Source: a virus
Virus record (IMG/VR): IMGVR_UViG_3300023184_000079
Coordinates: 17,645 to 81,644 of that record
Reading direction: 5' to 3' (one strand)
DNA length: 64,000 bases
The notes under the pieces were generated by a model, which saw only the letters and a program-made list of their open reading frames with translations, did not search any database and was not told the DNA's origin. The position numbers and the translations under genes were made by a program. This document shows, piece after piece, positions 48,267-59,385 of the stretch; positions within the stretch are counted from its first letter, which is position 1, and each line of letters begins with the position of its first letter.

Positions 48267-48523
48267 CAACAACCATCGCAACCATGTACTGCTGCTAGAA
48301 ATGGTTTGACTGTTAATAGGTATTCGTCTGGGTCGGGGTGGCCGATTCCATGCGGGCAGATACGTTCCATGAATCCCCAGTCTCCACGCCAGTGTTGCCG
48401 CCATGATCTCATGTGATGGTCAGACATCTTGTGAATCGTGCAGTATTCGCCCTTGCACTGGTCTGGACCGTGCGTTCCGTAAAGCACCTGATCGCTGTTT
48501 TCTAGTTGGTGAGTGGTAGTCAT
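48254..48523 (-). CDS. Conserved Cys/His-rich phage protein
   Basis: CTIH..SDHHM..MERICPHGIGHPDPD..HGCDGCC. Confidence 0.7.
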   Translation of the reverse strand: MTTTHQLENSDQVLYGTHGPDQCKGEYCTIHKMSDHHMRSWRQHWRGDWGFMERICPHGIGHPDPDEYLLTVKPFLAAVHGCDGCCSSR

Positions 48524-49008
48524 TATTTGTCCAATGCTGCACGAATGGATCTGCGAATGGCGCAAGCAATCTCAATATTAAAATACATGCCGTTTGCACT
48601 GCTCTCTACATCAACAAGCCAGTCAAGATCATATAACTTGTTCTTGTGAACCGCATTTTCAATCTGTGCCTTGTTCCTCTTGGCCTGAAGATCGTAATGT
48701 CTGGCTACGGCAACTGCTCTGCGGATTTCGTCAATGGTCATGTTTGCATCATAGCGGACTATCGACCAAAAATAAAGCGGAACTTTTTTCGTAGGTTCAT
48801 GGGGCGATGCATGCGCATGAGGTCGCGCTCTTTGGCTCGGTATTGAAGATGCATGCTGTGGTGAGTCATTATTTCTCCTGTTTTTGTCACAAGCGTGTAA
48901 CGAAGTTTGTATTTGGCCGAAATTTAGCCCGCCTAACGTGCTCAGGGCGGGCTTAGAGGGATCTGTGGCGCGTTTTAAGCGCTTTGTAGACTACTAGAGT
49001 AGTCTAGC

Positions 49009-49227
49009 CTAGTTTTTTTCTGGAGGCTCTGTATATAGCGCTTTAAGCGTCTTAGCATCCTCTACCTTTTGAACCTTATTACCGACTCCCAAAAAGGCCA
49101 GCAGCACAAGGACCACAACTTCGACAGGAATCTCCGGATACAGTCTTGCTACGAAGGCAGCAAAAGCGAAAGCAAAGGCGTAAATCCTTGCCGGATTTGC
49201 TTTCGCGAAATCTTTGACGTTATTCAC
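49009..49227 (-). CDS. Small two-TM membrane protein (holin-like)
   Basis: NPARIYAFAFAFAAFV and VVVLVLLAFLGV hydrophobic segments. Confidence 0.55.
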   Translation of the reverse strand: MNNVKDFAKANPARIYAFAFAFAAFVARLYPEIPVEVVVLVLLAFLGVGNKVQKVEDAKTLKALYTEPPEKN

Positions 49228-49675
49228 TGATTGGCTGAATTCTATCTAAAAGATCTTTTAATATATCTGCATTAATAGTTTCTTTGATGCCAAATATAAA
49301 GTCTCTTAGAATTTTATTTTCTCTTCTTAAGCGGCCATTCTCTTGTTTCGTGCCTGAATGTTGCTGGGCAAGGAGTTCATGGGCGGCGTTTAGGCTGGCG
49401 TACTTGTCACGCCAACTATCAACCTCGTCTCTAAGGACCCTAACCTCGGTGCGAAGTTTTGTAACTTCATCATGGAGTTCTGCCCGAATCTGTTCTGCTA
49501 CTTCAGACTGTAATTTTTGTAAATCCACAGAATCACGCATCTCTCTTCTTTGGTCAACGTTGCGTTGTTTAAACCACACAGTTCCAAAATTTAAAACAAA
49601 ATATCCCGCTAGGGCTGTGACCACGACCCAAAGGCCGTCATAGCCGGAAATTTGGAATAAATCAACAATACCCAT
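49220..49675 (-). CDS. Membrane-anchored coiled-coil protein
   Basis: N-terminal TM segment followed by heptad repeats. Confidence 0.6.
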   Translation of the reverse strand: MGIVDLFQISGYDGLWVVVTALAGYFVLNFGTVWFKQRNVDQRREMRDSVDLQKLQSEVAEQIRAELHDEVTKLRTEVRVLRDEVDSWRDKYASLNAAHELLAQQHSGTKQENGRLRRENKILRDFIFGIKETINADILKDLLDRIQPISE

Positions 49676-49712
49676 CTTATCAATTAATAGACAGAACTAT
49701 CGAGAAAAAACA

Positions 49713-52700
49713 TTAATCTTCTTTGTAACCAACGGGTTGCAGACAAAGAACATAAGAATGATCGTCGTGACAGAAATGAAAACTCCATCTTTCGTCTTCA
49801 ACAGCCTTTTTAATGTCTTCTAAAGCCCAAGCGTCTTGCTGTTTTGCGTCTTCAGAGATATTGGTATTATCTTGTTCTTTGGGATTAAGTTTGCCGCGTG
49901 AAAGGTCTTTAAGCCACGACTCTACGGACTTGTGTGCCTCTTTCCAAGATTCAAATGCTCCGACAATATCATAGCCCATGTCGCCGTCCAAAACAATTTC
50001 CCATGGTTCTTTTTTGGCACTTTCAAAGACTTTTTGCATCCAAACACCAGATGAATCGACTAATTCTGATCCGCTGTCCCCAACCATTGGTTTGTTAGTC
50101 AGAAATTCCGATCCATTGAAAAGGTAGTACGGAGAGAATAGATTTTTTAACTGCTCCACTTCATTTTCAGAAAAGCCGCCACTCTTCAGTTTAGTGTTAA
50201 TACGATTAACAAGATTGAACATTGCCGTACGATGCGACGGCACCGCCGCGATGTCAAGCAAATTTGCATGTAAATTTGCATCTATAATATCATTTTGATA
50301 TGCGTTATCAATAAACTCACTGATTGACCCGTGATAATCATAATATTGAAATTCATTTTTTATTCGCTGCGTGGCAGGCAAATCAGGCGTGCCCCAATCG
50401 AAATACCGTATGGTATCGAAGAGTTTATTGTTTTGAATTGGCGTCTCTGGTTTTTCTTCTTGAGATTCTAAATAGGAATACTCTTCAACAAGGCTAAAAA
50501 ATTTGTTTATGTTTTGTTTTTCTATTGACATTCCGTTAAGAATAGATATAACTTCTTGTTGGGATCTGGCCGATTGTATTTTTTTAAGAATTAAATCAGA
50601 ATAATCGTCTACGTCTTCTGACAGAACATTAGAAGCGAATAGCATAGCCATTGCGTTAAGGTTGTTTTCCGTTTTAATATCGTCTACTCCAACCGATAAT
50701 AAGTTTAGGTCTTCACGGAATTTTCCTGCTGCTTCGTATTCTTTTGGAAGTTTTTGATATGTCATATATAAAGCGTTTGCAACGTCGTTAAAGAATTTTG
50801 GCGCCGACGGGGAATCTTTTGAAAAATGCAAAAACAATTCTATCCAACCAATATAAGGAGGTTCAAACGCATTATCAAACTCAAGAAAATATTGCTCTAT
50901 TTTGTTTTTATCATAAGCCTCATTAAAATCAAGTGGTTCGGCAAAAAATCGCTTAGCGGCGTCTCTTCCGGCATCAAATATCGCCTGACTAACGGCATCT
51001 GTAATATCTGTTGGCCGGAGACGTACTTGAACATTGTTACCCTCCTCGTCTTCTTCAACCTCTCCATAATCTTGATACTCTTCCGATTTAGATAATGCAA
51101 TTCCTTCTTTTATAAAGTTTATTGATGATTGAACATCAGATCTTCTATAGTGAGGTGCCCAATCTTGCAAATCTTGCATATCGGCTGGTGGAATATGTTC
51201 TTGATACAAGAAATCACCATCAAGAAAATTAATATCAATTTCATCTTGAAAACGAGTTTCTGTTTCAATACTTTGTATGTGACCATATTTCTCGCCATCG
51301 TATTCTTTATCAAGAAAACGGAGAATTCTTTTAACAATGGGAATCGGTTCGTGGTTTGATGGCCCAAAAAACTCCATGAGATTGTATTCTTTTGGAGATA
51401 CAGAGTTTTTTATGTCCTCTGAAAAACTCAACACTTCCCCATCAGATTTTCCAAAATAATATGCTGAGCCTTTAGAAGCACCGTCTTTGCCTATCTCAAT
51501 AGCAAATCCGTTTCCCGCATCTAAAGTATTTCCATATTTATCGTCCGATCCAATGCAATGGCCCATCGCCCATCCGTTGTACAGCAAATCAACTGGCTCA
51601 GTTAGAAGTTTTGCGTAATATCCATTGTTTGATATTTCTTCTGGAAGTTCCAAATCTTTGCCATAGTCAATATATAGCATGGTATTCTTGATTACTTTGT
51701 CGTTAAAAAATCCTCTAATTATGCCTTGAGGATATTCTTTTGAACTTAAACTTTGCATCTCGCGCATAATTTGAAGATCTCTAAAAAGGCTCGGTCTCGC
51801 GGCGAAGGGACCCGTGGTTGTAGATGGCGAACTTGGGAGTGGAAGCAATGAAGGAATATCCTTCAGATTGAATTTGAACGGTTTCAGTTTGCCGTTCTCG
51901 TTCCGATTTTCAATTCTAAATTTATTTGTTATAAATTGGAATTTGAACATTTCTGCAAGAATTCTCTCGGCACTGGCAAAATTTGGTAAATAAACAGAAT
52001 GCCCGCGCTGGTCACGATCGTCGCTCATGAGATAAGCGGGATCTTCTTTAATTTTTTCACATATTGCTTTGTAGAACCCGTAAATACCAGTAAAATTCTT
52101 TTGTCCTCCATTATAATAATCCGGATAATGGATATCAAACTTATCTTTTGTTCGTGCAAAAATGCTTGCGTCGTTACGACTTGCAAACCTTTCCGGATCT
52201 TCCTGTATTTTTGAAGCAATTTCTTCAAAATTATCCGGAATATAATAATAACTGTACCCTTCGGCTGGAGCCTCGTCGTCTGACCCGGTGTTAACGACAA
52301 TATTTGCTTCTATAAAATATTTTAAGACTTTGTATATATCAAAAAGCGGCTTTGCTTCTTCATAGGTCGGAAAACGTTCTTGCGGGAGGCTTATTCCGAT
52401 TCCTTCGTATATTTTCCTTGAGTTATTCCATATACGACGCGGATCCAATCTAGCAGGGACATCTCCCCGTAGGTGTGTTAACCCGCCATAGCCATTAGTA
52501 TCGGGGCCCTCGGCAAGCGCTTTTTCAATAGCAGAAGCGTATGGTTCATAAAGATTTTCAGATATTGCGTCCAACTTTTTTTTATTTTGGTCGCAAACAT
52601 CTCTGACAGTAATGGCGATGGCTTCTTCGGGACTACTACCGGCAGCCAAAAACGGATCGAAAGAATAGAAATCCGGATTTGTTTGTATTCGCCAACCCAT

Positions 52701-52880
52701 CTTGTTAATTTTTGCCGCTTTTTTGATATCAAAATACCCGGGATCATTCTCGCTCCATTCTTGCGGCGGTTCGGGGCGATCCTTATAGCGCCAACTTGGG
52801 CCTAGCGAATCAAAAGAGTCTTCCGGATTTCTCCAATAAAGCCATTTTCTATATGCTTTTTGATTGTTGTCCATGTACAC
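49713..52880 (-). CDS. 1055-aa acidic protein with a PcfJ-like (G.AMGHCIG) domain
   Basis: LLYNGWAMGHCIGSDD..EFFGPSNHEP. Confidence 0.65.
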   Translation of the reverse strand: MYMDNNQKAYRKWLYWRNPEDSFDSLGPSWRYKDRPEPPQEWSENDPGYFDIKKAAKINKMGWRIQTNPDFYSFDPFLAAGSSPEEAIAITVRDVCDQNKKKLDAISENLYEPYASAIEKALAEGPDTNGYGGLTHLRGDVPARLDPRRIWNNSRKIYEGIGISLPQERFPTYEEAKPLFDIYKVLKYFIEANIVVNTGSDDEAPAEGYSYYYIPDNFEEIASKIQEDPERFASRNDASIFARTKDKFDIHYPDYYNGGQKNFTGIYGFYKAICEKIKEDPAYLMSDDRDQRGHSVYLPNFASAERILAEMFKFQFITNKFRIENRNENGKLKPFKFNLKDIPSLLPLPSSPSTTTGPFAARPSLFRDLQIMREMQSLSSKEYPQGIIRGFFNDKVIKNTMLYIDYGKDLELPEEISNNGYYAKLLTEPVDLLYNGWAMGHCIGSDDKYGNTLDAGNGFAIEIGKDGASKGSAYYFGKSDGEVLSFSEDIKNSVSPKEYNLMEFFGPSNHEPIPIVKRILRFLDKEYDGEKYGHIQSIETETRFQDEIDINFLDGDFLYQEHIPPADMQDLQDWAPHYRRSDVQSSINFIKEGIALSKSEEYQDYGEVEEDEEGNNVQVRLRPTDITDAVSQAIFDAGRDAAKRFFAEPLDFNEAYDKNKIEQYFLEFDNAFEPPYIGWIELFLHFSKDSPSAPKFFNDVANALYMTYQKLPKEYEAAGKFREDLNLLSVGVDDIKTENNLNAMAMLFASNVLSEDVDDYSDLILKKIQSARSQQEVISILNGMSIEKQNINKFFSLVEEYSYLESQEEKPETPIQNNKLFDTIRYFDWGTPDLPATQRIKNEFQYYDYHGSISEFIDNAYQNDIIDANLHANLLDIAAVPSHRTAMFNLVNRINTKLKSGGFSENEVEQLKNLFSPYYLFNGSEFLTNKPMVGDSGSELVDSSGVWMQKVFESAKKEPWEIVLDGDMGYDIVGAFESWKEAHKSVESWLKDLSRGKLNPKEQDNTNISEDAKQQDAWALEDIKKAVEDERWSFHFCHDDHSYVLCLQPVGYKED

Positions 52881-53526
52881 TTTAATGTCAGCAGGCAGCG
52901 TGAATGAAGGTCTTTTATCATACCCGTTTTAGTCAACTGCTTCCTGCGAAGGATTTTTTAAGACTTGCAAGCACAGTTGCCGCCGCACGGGCATCCGTTG
53001 TCCACCAGATGTCTCATTTCGCTAGCGAGGTCTTTAGCAATCTCATACACGGCAATCTCATAAAAATCCGTATTTACAGGAAGATCATGGAACCATTGTC
53101 CGAGACGGGACCCAAGAGAATTGGTTAGAAATTCTGTCAGTTCGTCTTTGGGCGGGTTATTTTCAAATTCTTTCCCATCAAACAATTCAAGTTGATCACT
53201 CATTTGGCTTTTCCTTGCTTTCTTTTTTAATTTCTTCAACCTTTTCGGATTTCTCCATATAGAGTTCCGTTGTTGTTTTCGCTTTTGTGCTGTTGACTCC
53301 GCCCTCTGTCATGGTGACGATGACGGTCTTTTCATTCTGCATTAAAATTCTCCACTATCTTCCAAAATTCTTTTCGTTTTTGTATGAAATCATCTACGCA
53401 TTTTTGAGAACAAAAATTATATTCAATTTCTTCTCCTGCCGAGGTAGGAGCGTAAAAGGATACAATTGTTCCAAATATGGTCATAGGCTTTTTACAAGAA
53501 TAGCACTTCACATATCTTATATTTCG

Positions 53527-53934
53527 CTAACTGTTATAAGACAATAAAACAGTTATATAATGACCAATTAATTTAGGAAGATTAACATCTTCAGAATCGT
53601 AATTAGCCACTGGCGTAAGCACAAAAAAATAATTGCCTTCTGCCGATTTATCAAAAAGGAAACCACCGGAACGAATAAAATACTTATTGTACTTCAGAGT
53701 ATCTTTATCAGGGGTTTCAATCTTGGAAGAACAAAAACCCATATCATTTAATTGAAATAATTTTTTCTCTTCATCAAAAATGGCTGTAATGACAATGTTT
53801 TCTTCCGTGTCAAGATTGTAAAAGGGCAACGAAACCCGGATATTTGTTGTCTCACCGGGTGCGTCCTTTACATGCTCATATTCAGCAAACGGAAGGATCT
53901 TGCCAAAAGTTTTTTCAAAAAGTTCTTCTACCAT
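53527..53934 (-). CDS. Hypothetical protein (DUF1828-like)
   Basis: IRVSLPFY..ENIVI..LNDMG. Confidence 0.45.
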   Translation of the reverse strand: MVEELFEKTFGKILPFAEYEHVKDAPGETTNIRVSLPFYNLDTEENIVITAIFDEEKKLFQLNDMGFCSSKIETPDKDTLKYNKYFIRSGGFLFDKSAEGNYFFVLTPVANYDSEDVNLPKLIGHYITVLLSYNS

Positions 53935-54094
53935 TCTTCATCTCCTATATCGATATAACTAGACAAATCGTCTTCTTTTTCGCCCCATTCGTCATCGTTA
54001 GATGAGTCCCATTCTTGATAAGACGAATCATCTACGACATCTTCATAGTCGCGATCATCTGGATCAATCCATGACATTGATTTCACCTCCTTTA

Positions 54095-55414
54095 TTATAT
54101 CAGATAAATGTCTTTAAGCGCAACCCAAACATCAATATGCTCATGATTTGGGTATTGATTCCCAATTTCATAATGGATAAGCGCTAGACGGTCTCTTGGA
54201 TCAACACTTATAACTTTTACTTCTGACTGGGCAGGGATCGCGCCATAAGTTCCGCGTTCTTCTTCTTCGTGCCCCATGTCAAAAAATTCTGGGTGCCAAC
54301 CGAGGTCTTCATCCATAAAAATGAAGTTTCCATCTTCCATGCGGTCAATTGGCGCTGCATCGGGGTGCGCATGAAGTCCGCCTCTGCGCTCTCCCCAAAA
54401 CTCTTTTGTGGTGTATGCAGACACATCACCACCCTCCATAAGTGTATGCTTTATATATTTTATAATGTCATTAATAGGATTTATCTCTTTATCGCCTTTT
54501 ACGGTCAATATTGTGAATGAAGAATTCACTCTCTTCCTTAAATCCTCTAGCCTCTCAACATTTTTGACAAATTTCCCACCCGGACCTCTATAAACTTTTG
54601 CATCGCCAAATCCGGGAATCTCTGTAGGCTGTTTATTCGGCTTTTTGGGTTCTTGATAGCGTGTGTCTAAGTCAAGAGGACGTTGAGCCTGTTCGTAAGG
54701 CAACCATGGCTCTCTGTGGTGTTCTCCCTCTTCGTCCTGCTTTTCTATATTGAACTGCAATGCCTCTTCCTCTGGACTCCATAGCGTCATATTCGTACTC
54801 GGATTGACCGGAACTTCAGCGTCATATCCGAATTCGCCCGGTTCGCCCCGTGAGCGGTCTTTTAAGGCCTCTGGGAGCCTTCCCGGTATCTCCGGTGCCT
54901 CAAACAGTTGCTGCTGGTCCTCGGACGGCTTAGAGCGCTGTATGGCTTCCTGAGAGTCCTCATCTAATTTCTCTTTTTTGGAATGCCAGTACAATGCCAA
55001 TACATGCGAGCAAAGACGCCCTTCATATTTTTTCCATTGCCTTGTGCGGTTCCACACATATCGGTTCCAAGTGCATTCACACGCCCACGAACGAATAAAA
55101 AGAGATCTAGGATCTGAATTGGCTGTCCATATTTGAGATTTATAAACAGAATTGTCGCCAACAACTGTGCCCTCTATATAAATCGGTCCCTCAGGCAATT
55201 CAAAATCGTGTAATTTCTTTTCGCTTATGTAGACCTTGCCGTCGGCTACAAGTCTCTTTGCCTTGTTCTCAACATCAACCCAAGCAGACTCATGCTGAAT
55301 GCGTCCAAGTTTCTCTATGTTTATGCCCTCTGGAAAATATTCAAAAGGCTCTTTGATATTGAGCCGGTCTTCTAAACTAAGCACCGGAGACTCTTTCTCT
55401 AACCTTTTTGTCAT
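54095..55414 (-). CDS. SWIM zinc-finger protein
   Basis: WACECTW..LCSHVLAL (CxC..CxH); KAKRL motif; start taken at MTKRLEK. Confidence 0.7.
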   Translation of the reverse strand: MTKRLEKESPVLSLEDRLNIKEPFEYFPEGINIEKLGRIQHESAWVDVENKAKRLVADGKVYISEKKLHDFELPEGPIYIEGTVVGDNSVYKSQIWTANSDPRSLFIRSWACECTWNRYVWNRTRQWKKYEGRLCSHVLALYWHSKKEKLDEDSQEAIQRSKPSEDQQQLFEAPEIPGRLPEALKDRSRGEPGEFGYDAEVPVNPSTNMTLWSPEEEALQFNIEKQDEEGEHHREPWLPYEQAQRPLDLDTRYQEPKKPNKQPTEIPGFGDAKVYRGPGGKFVKNVERLEDLRKRVNSSFTILTVKGDKEINPINDIIKYIKHTLMEGGDVSAYTTKEFWGERRGGLHAHPDAAPIDRMEDGNFIFMDEDLGWHPEFFDMGHEEEERGTYGAIPAQSEVKVISVDPRDRLALIHYEIGNQYPNHEHIDVWVALKDIYLI

Positions 55415-56459
55415 CTTGTTTATGAACGACGTAAATGTGATTGATTTCATATTCTGGGTGCATATATTCCCATAACCGTCTAACGTGGCTTATGGTGTAG
55501 GGGACGCTTGTTTGCGTAGATATTATCAAATCTTGTTCCGGTGTGTAAAATCCTTCAACCATTCCAAACGGATTGTATTCGCCGATATCAACGCGCTCGT
55601 CACCGGGCTGTCCGGTTCTAATTCTGTCTTCTTCAATGTCGTATATAAACGGAATTGGCCCGGGGATGTCTATATCCTTCTTTGCACCGGTATGGACGCC
55701 CACTTCTCCACCGGGTCTTGACATTTCATTGTCTGGATAAAAGAATTCGTCGTTGTCGCGAATTTCTTCTTCATGACCCGTAGGTTTTTCTTTTGGATGA
55801 TCAAAAGAGACATGATTTAACATGTGTTTGTAATCAGAAAAAGAATCACCACAAGTAATACATTGGTAAGGTTCTTCGGTAAGTGAGCCATCTTCAGAAC
55901 GCATTGTTCCTTGTCCCGGAAAAGTTCCTCTATCTTTTTCTTGAATTTGGATGTCTGTTCGGATATCGTCATCAGTTTTATTCCAAAGTTTTGGAACTGT
56001 CTGCCAATTAGAGCCGGGATCAGAAGCCGTCTTGCTCAACCCTACGGGGAGCGGAATACCGTCCTTGTTTGTAATCAACGCCAACTCTAATGGATGGTCT
56101 AATTGATTCCTTCCTATCTGTGGGGAACCAGCCCAACTCTTAAGCATTTTATATAGAGTATCTAAATCAATATTTGATTGCTCTATTACAAATACACAAG
56201 TCCAATGATGACTTATTGTGACTGTTCCATGAGCAACGGGTCCATGAGCATCAAGAGCATTACCAAGTGCTGCGTAGCCGTCATCATGACCATCACTCTC
56301 AAAAACAACAAATTCTTTTTTGCCTACAGCGACCCATTTGTAGTTCTCCGAGGCTTGGGGCATGCTGTATCCAGCCGACTCTTGCCAGTTGTTTTGTAAT
56401 TCTTGAGGTTGTTGCGCTGGGTAGGCGTCTCCGCCCCAGCCTAAAGATTCTTTATTCAT
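55377..56459 (-). CDS. Hypothetical protein with a C2H2-type finger
   Basis: YQCITCGDSF..MLNHVSFDH; start reassigned to ATG 56459 because the upstream sequence folds as structured RNA. Confidence 0.65.
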   Translation of the reverse strand: MNKESLGWGGDAYPAQQPQELQNNWQESAGYSMPQASENYKWVAVGKKEFVVFESDGHDDGYAALGNALDAHGPVAHGTVTISHHWTCVFVIEQSNIDLDTLYKMLKSWAGSPQIGRNQLDHPLELALITNKDGIPLPVGLSKTASDPGSNWQTVPKLWNKTDDDIRTDIQIQEKDRGTFPGQGTMRSEDGSLTEEPYQCITCGDSFSDYKHMLNHVSFDHPKEKPTGHEEEIRDNDEFFYPDNEMSRPGGEVGVHTGAKKDIDIPGPIPFIYDIEEDRIRTGQPGDERVDIGEYNPFGMVEGFYTPEQDLIISTQTSVPYTISHVRRLWEYMHPEYEINHIYVVHKQDDKKVRERVSGA

Positions 56460-56461
56460 AA

Positions 56462-56620
56462 TAAAAAAAAGCCCGTACAGGGCCGAAGGAGTTGAGCCGG
56501 AAGACAGGCTGGAAGAGGGTTGGGTGTTTTCTTGCGCCAGTCCCCCGGCTCGGTGATATTGCAAATCTCATTTCTGAGAAGAAACTAGGATCACCTCCAT
56601 CAAACTTTCCTGTCTTCCAT
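56462..56620 (-). ncRNA. Candidate structured RNA ending in a terminator
   Basis: 10-bp closing stem GGAAGACAGG/CCTGTCTTCC; GGTGAT/ATCACC stem; two GNRA hairpins (TCTCA-GAAA-TGAGA, GCCGG-GGGA-CTGGC); then GCCC-TGTAC-GGGC and a T run. Confidence 0.6.
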
Positions 56621-57319
56621 CTATTATTCATCGCTGAGACCCAATATGTAGAGTGCTTTTTCTTGATCTCCACATTTTATTGCTGCTTCGGCAATGCGCA
56701 AATCAATTTTAGATCTTGCAATTTCCATCGCCGCCGCTGGCTCCCACCCGACTTTTACAAGGCATTCCTTTCGCCATGCGAAAACTTGATCGTTTTTCTC
56801 ATCCATTGTCGCCTTACGAATTTTGGTCTTCATCTACATCAAAAAATTCTGCCGCTTCTTTAATCTTTTCCATTGTTTGGTGCGCTTCTATACTGCCGTG
56901 AATTGAAACCTCGGCAAGTTGAATTGCAACAGCAAGCGCGTCCGGAACAATTTTTAAAGCGTCTAAAGGAGTTGCGGCATCAGTAATTGTATATGGTATA
57001 CCGTTTTTAATAAAAATTAAAATAAAAGATGATACATTGTCTTGCGATACGGCTTTTGATGCCAGTTGTTTTGATCGAAAAAATTGTTTTAATGTTGTTA
57101 TTTTTTCAATATTTTTTGCTGCACAAACATGATGACAATCAACTAGGCCATCCATCTGACCATTCACTTTTGGATCTTCTTCATCCCAGATGATCTGGTA
57201 ATAGTTGAAGCCATCTTCTTGAACACAACCCTCCACAACCCCTCTAGCACCCTTGGCGGCTAAATATATTGCCGAATAACCATCTTGCAATTCTACAACA
57301 GTGCCTACAGGTAAAAATT

Positions 57320-57556
57320 TCATTTAACAATTCCGTTATTTGTGTTTATTTTAGAGTTTTCTGCACCGCCAGAAGGTGGTTTTGGTTCTGGGAGACCAGA
57401 CAGAGACACTCGCGATGGAGAACCGCCCGCGCCATTCACCGTAGAAACACCAAAAGCAAATACTCTTTTCCATTCGCCGGGTTCTTGAGGCGGTGTAGAA
57501 AAATCGTTTGTGATTCGGGATTCACCTTTTTCGTTTACCCATTCGTATTCCAGCAT
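57320..57556 (-). CDS. FmdB-like small protein lacking the zinc Cys residues
   Basis: MLEYEW..EWKRVFAFGVS..G.GGSPSR. Confidence 0.4.
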   Translation of the reverse strand: MLEYEWVNEKGESRITNDFSTPPQEPGEWKRVFAFGVSTVNGAGGSPSRVSLSGLPEPKPPSGGAENSKINTNNGIVK

Positions 57557-58668
57557 TTTAGCCCTCTATGCCACTTGCATACGTTTTTAGATATCTATTA
57601 ATAATTCGATAGGCATTTCTAAGAGGCTTTTTGACATCTTCATAGTCTTCTCTTTCAAAATGCGAAATTGCCCGGACAAGGTCGTTCTGAAGATCAAACA
57701 AAACTTTCGCTTCTGGAACCTGTGATCTCGGGCGGCGAGGTTTAAATTTATCAGGGCCAGCAGGCGGAGAACCGAATGAAAAGGGATCAGTGCTAAACGG
57801 TTTTAATGGATCATTATTCTTTGGCATTGTTTTCCTCCTTCTGATACTTCTCGTAAATGTAATCTTTGAGGAACCCAGACAATCGTGTATGAATTCTCTC
57901 TACCTCTTTAGTTAACGGTCTGTACACAATAACTTCATTTAAATTATTATAATTTTCCGCAACATCCTGAGATTGCATTGCTCCGGACACCAAATGAAGG
58001 ATAGAAACAACATCTTCCAAGTCATTTACGCCGATTTCAACCATGCCCGTTAGGACGAGTGGTGGTTCTTCAATATTCTCTTTATTGTCTTCACTTTTCA
58101 TCTGTTTCTAGACCCCAATCAGGCATTTCTGGTGCCATTATTGTAACAGACAATATGTCCTCAACAAAAAATATTTTTTTGTTATTTTGAGAATCCTCAA
58201 GAAAGAAATGAGCAATAGACTTCGCATCAAGAAGCGTGTTCAGCCAAACATGTGCAAAATCTGTAATCTCTTTAACATTTTCCGGCGAGTCTTCTTTCAT
58301 ATAGTAAAAAACATGCGATGCAAAAAGAGGATCATTTCGGCTTTTGAGATAAAAAATCATGTCAATTTCTACATTGACCATACCTTCAACCATTTCGTCA
58401 TCCTCTTCAAAAAAGTTATCCATCGATTGCCTCTTTGCCATTAAAATCTACTAAACGTAGCATTTGTTTGCAAAGAGAACAAACAAATAGGTTTGTAGGA
58501 ACTTGACGATGAATCCGTGTGTCTTCATCGATAACCCAATCAATAGCCGATGCAGGGTGAGGGCACGGTGTTTGCGGAATTTCTCCTGCACGGGCTTTTG
58601 CGGCTTCTTTTGCGCGCATGATTGCTGGATCTGGCGATTCAATATGTTTAAGAACGTCAGACATATAC

Positions 58669-58983
58669 CTAATCCATCACATACCATGTTGGATTAGTGC
58701 AAGACTCACAAGTACAAATTTTCTTCTTTTTTTTAACGCTCTTAGCAAACGGGCTATTGGAATCAGCAGATGTTGCCACCTCTTTCTCAACAAGACTTAT
58801 ATAGCGCTCAAGATACCAAGCGGCTTTTTTAAGATCTTCAAGTTCCTTCCCCTTGCGTTTTGCACGGGAAACATACTTGACAACATTGCCAAGATGGTAG
58901 GGAAGATCCCAAGCCTCAATAACATCAATGGTCTCATGCGGACCAAAATTATAATGAGGCGGATGATTTACCATATCAGCCAT
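58669..58983 (-). CDS. DUF3310 (SaV / T7 gp1.7-like) protein
   Basis: DMVNHPPHYN..ETIDVI..LGNVVKYVSRA..EDLKKAAWYLER. Confidence 0.88.
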   Translation of the reverse strand: MADMVNHPPHYNFGPHETIDVIEAWDLPYHLGNVVKYVSRAKRKGKELEDLKKAAWYLERYISLVEKEVATSADSNSPFAKSVKKKKKICTCESCTNPTWYVMD

Positions 58984-59385
58984 TGTTGTCTTGTCCCTTC
59001 AGTTCGGAATAACCTTCCTCAAGGTAGGAATCAACCTCGCCCTTGAGAAATTTCCTACGTGATTCAACAAACTGCTGGACAGCGTCGGCAGAATCGTCAG
59101 CGTTAAAAACCCAAGTTTCCGTACGACCTTCGGAAATATCGGCCGATTCGTAATTCCCGAGATTCGCCTTGACACCTGCACGATATGAGATTGTGACCTC
59201 TTTGAGTTCCATTTACTCTGATCCCATCTTTTTGCTATCACAAAGGAGACGAATGCCCTGATCTTCCTCGGCTTTTTTCATAGCCTCTTCCAAAGCCTTT
59301 GTAAGATTGTCAGAGGTACTTTGAGGTATAGAACCGCCATTCATATTCCAAATGGCAAAATAGACATAATTTTTCTTGGTATCGC

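Noticed and set aside
48987-49006. Palindrome TAGACTACT-AG-AGTAGTCTA resembling the early -10 region
   Set aside because: It is a single short occurrence with no -35 box, so it cannot be distinguished from chance or a terminator-associated hairpin.
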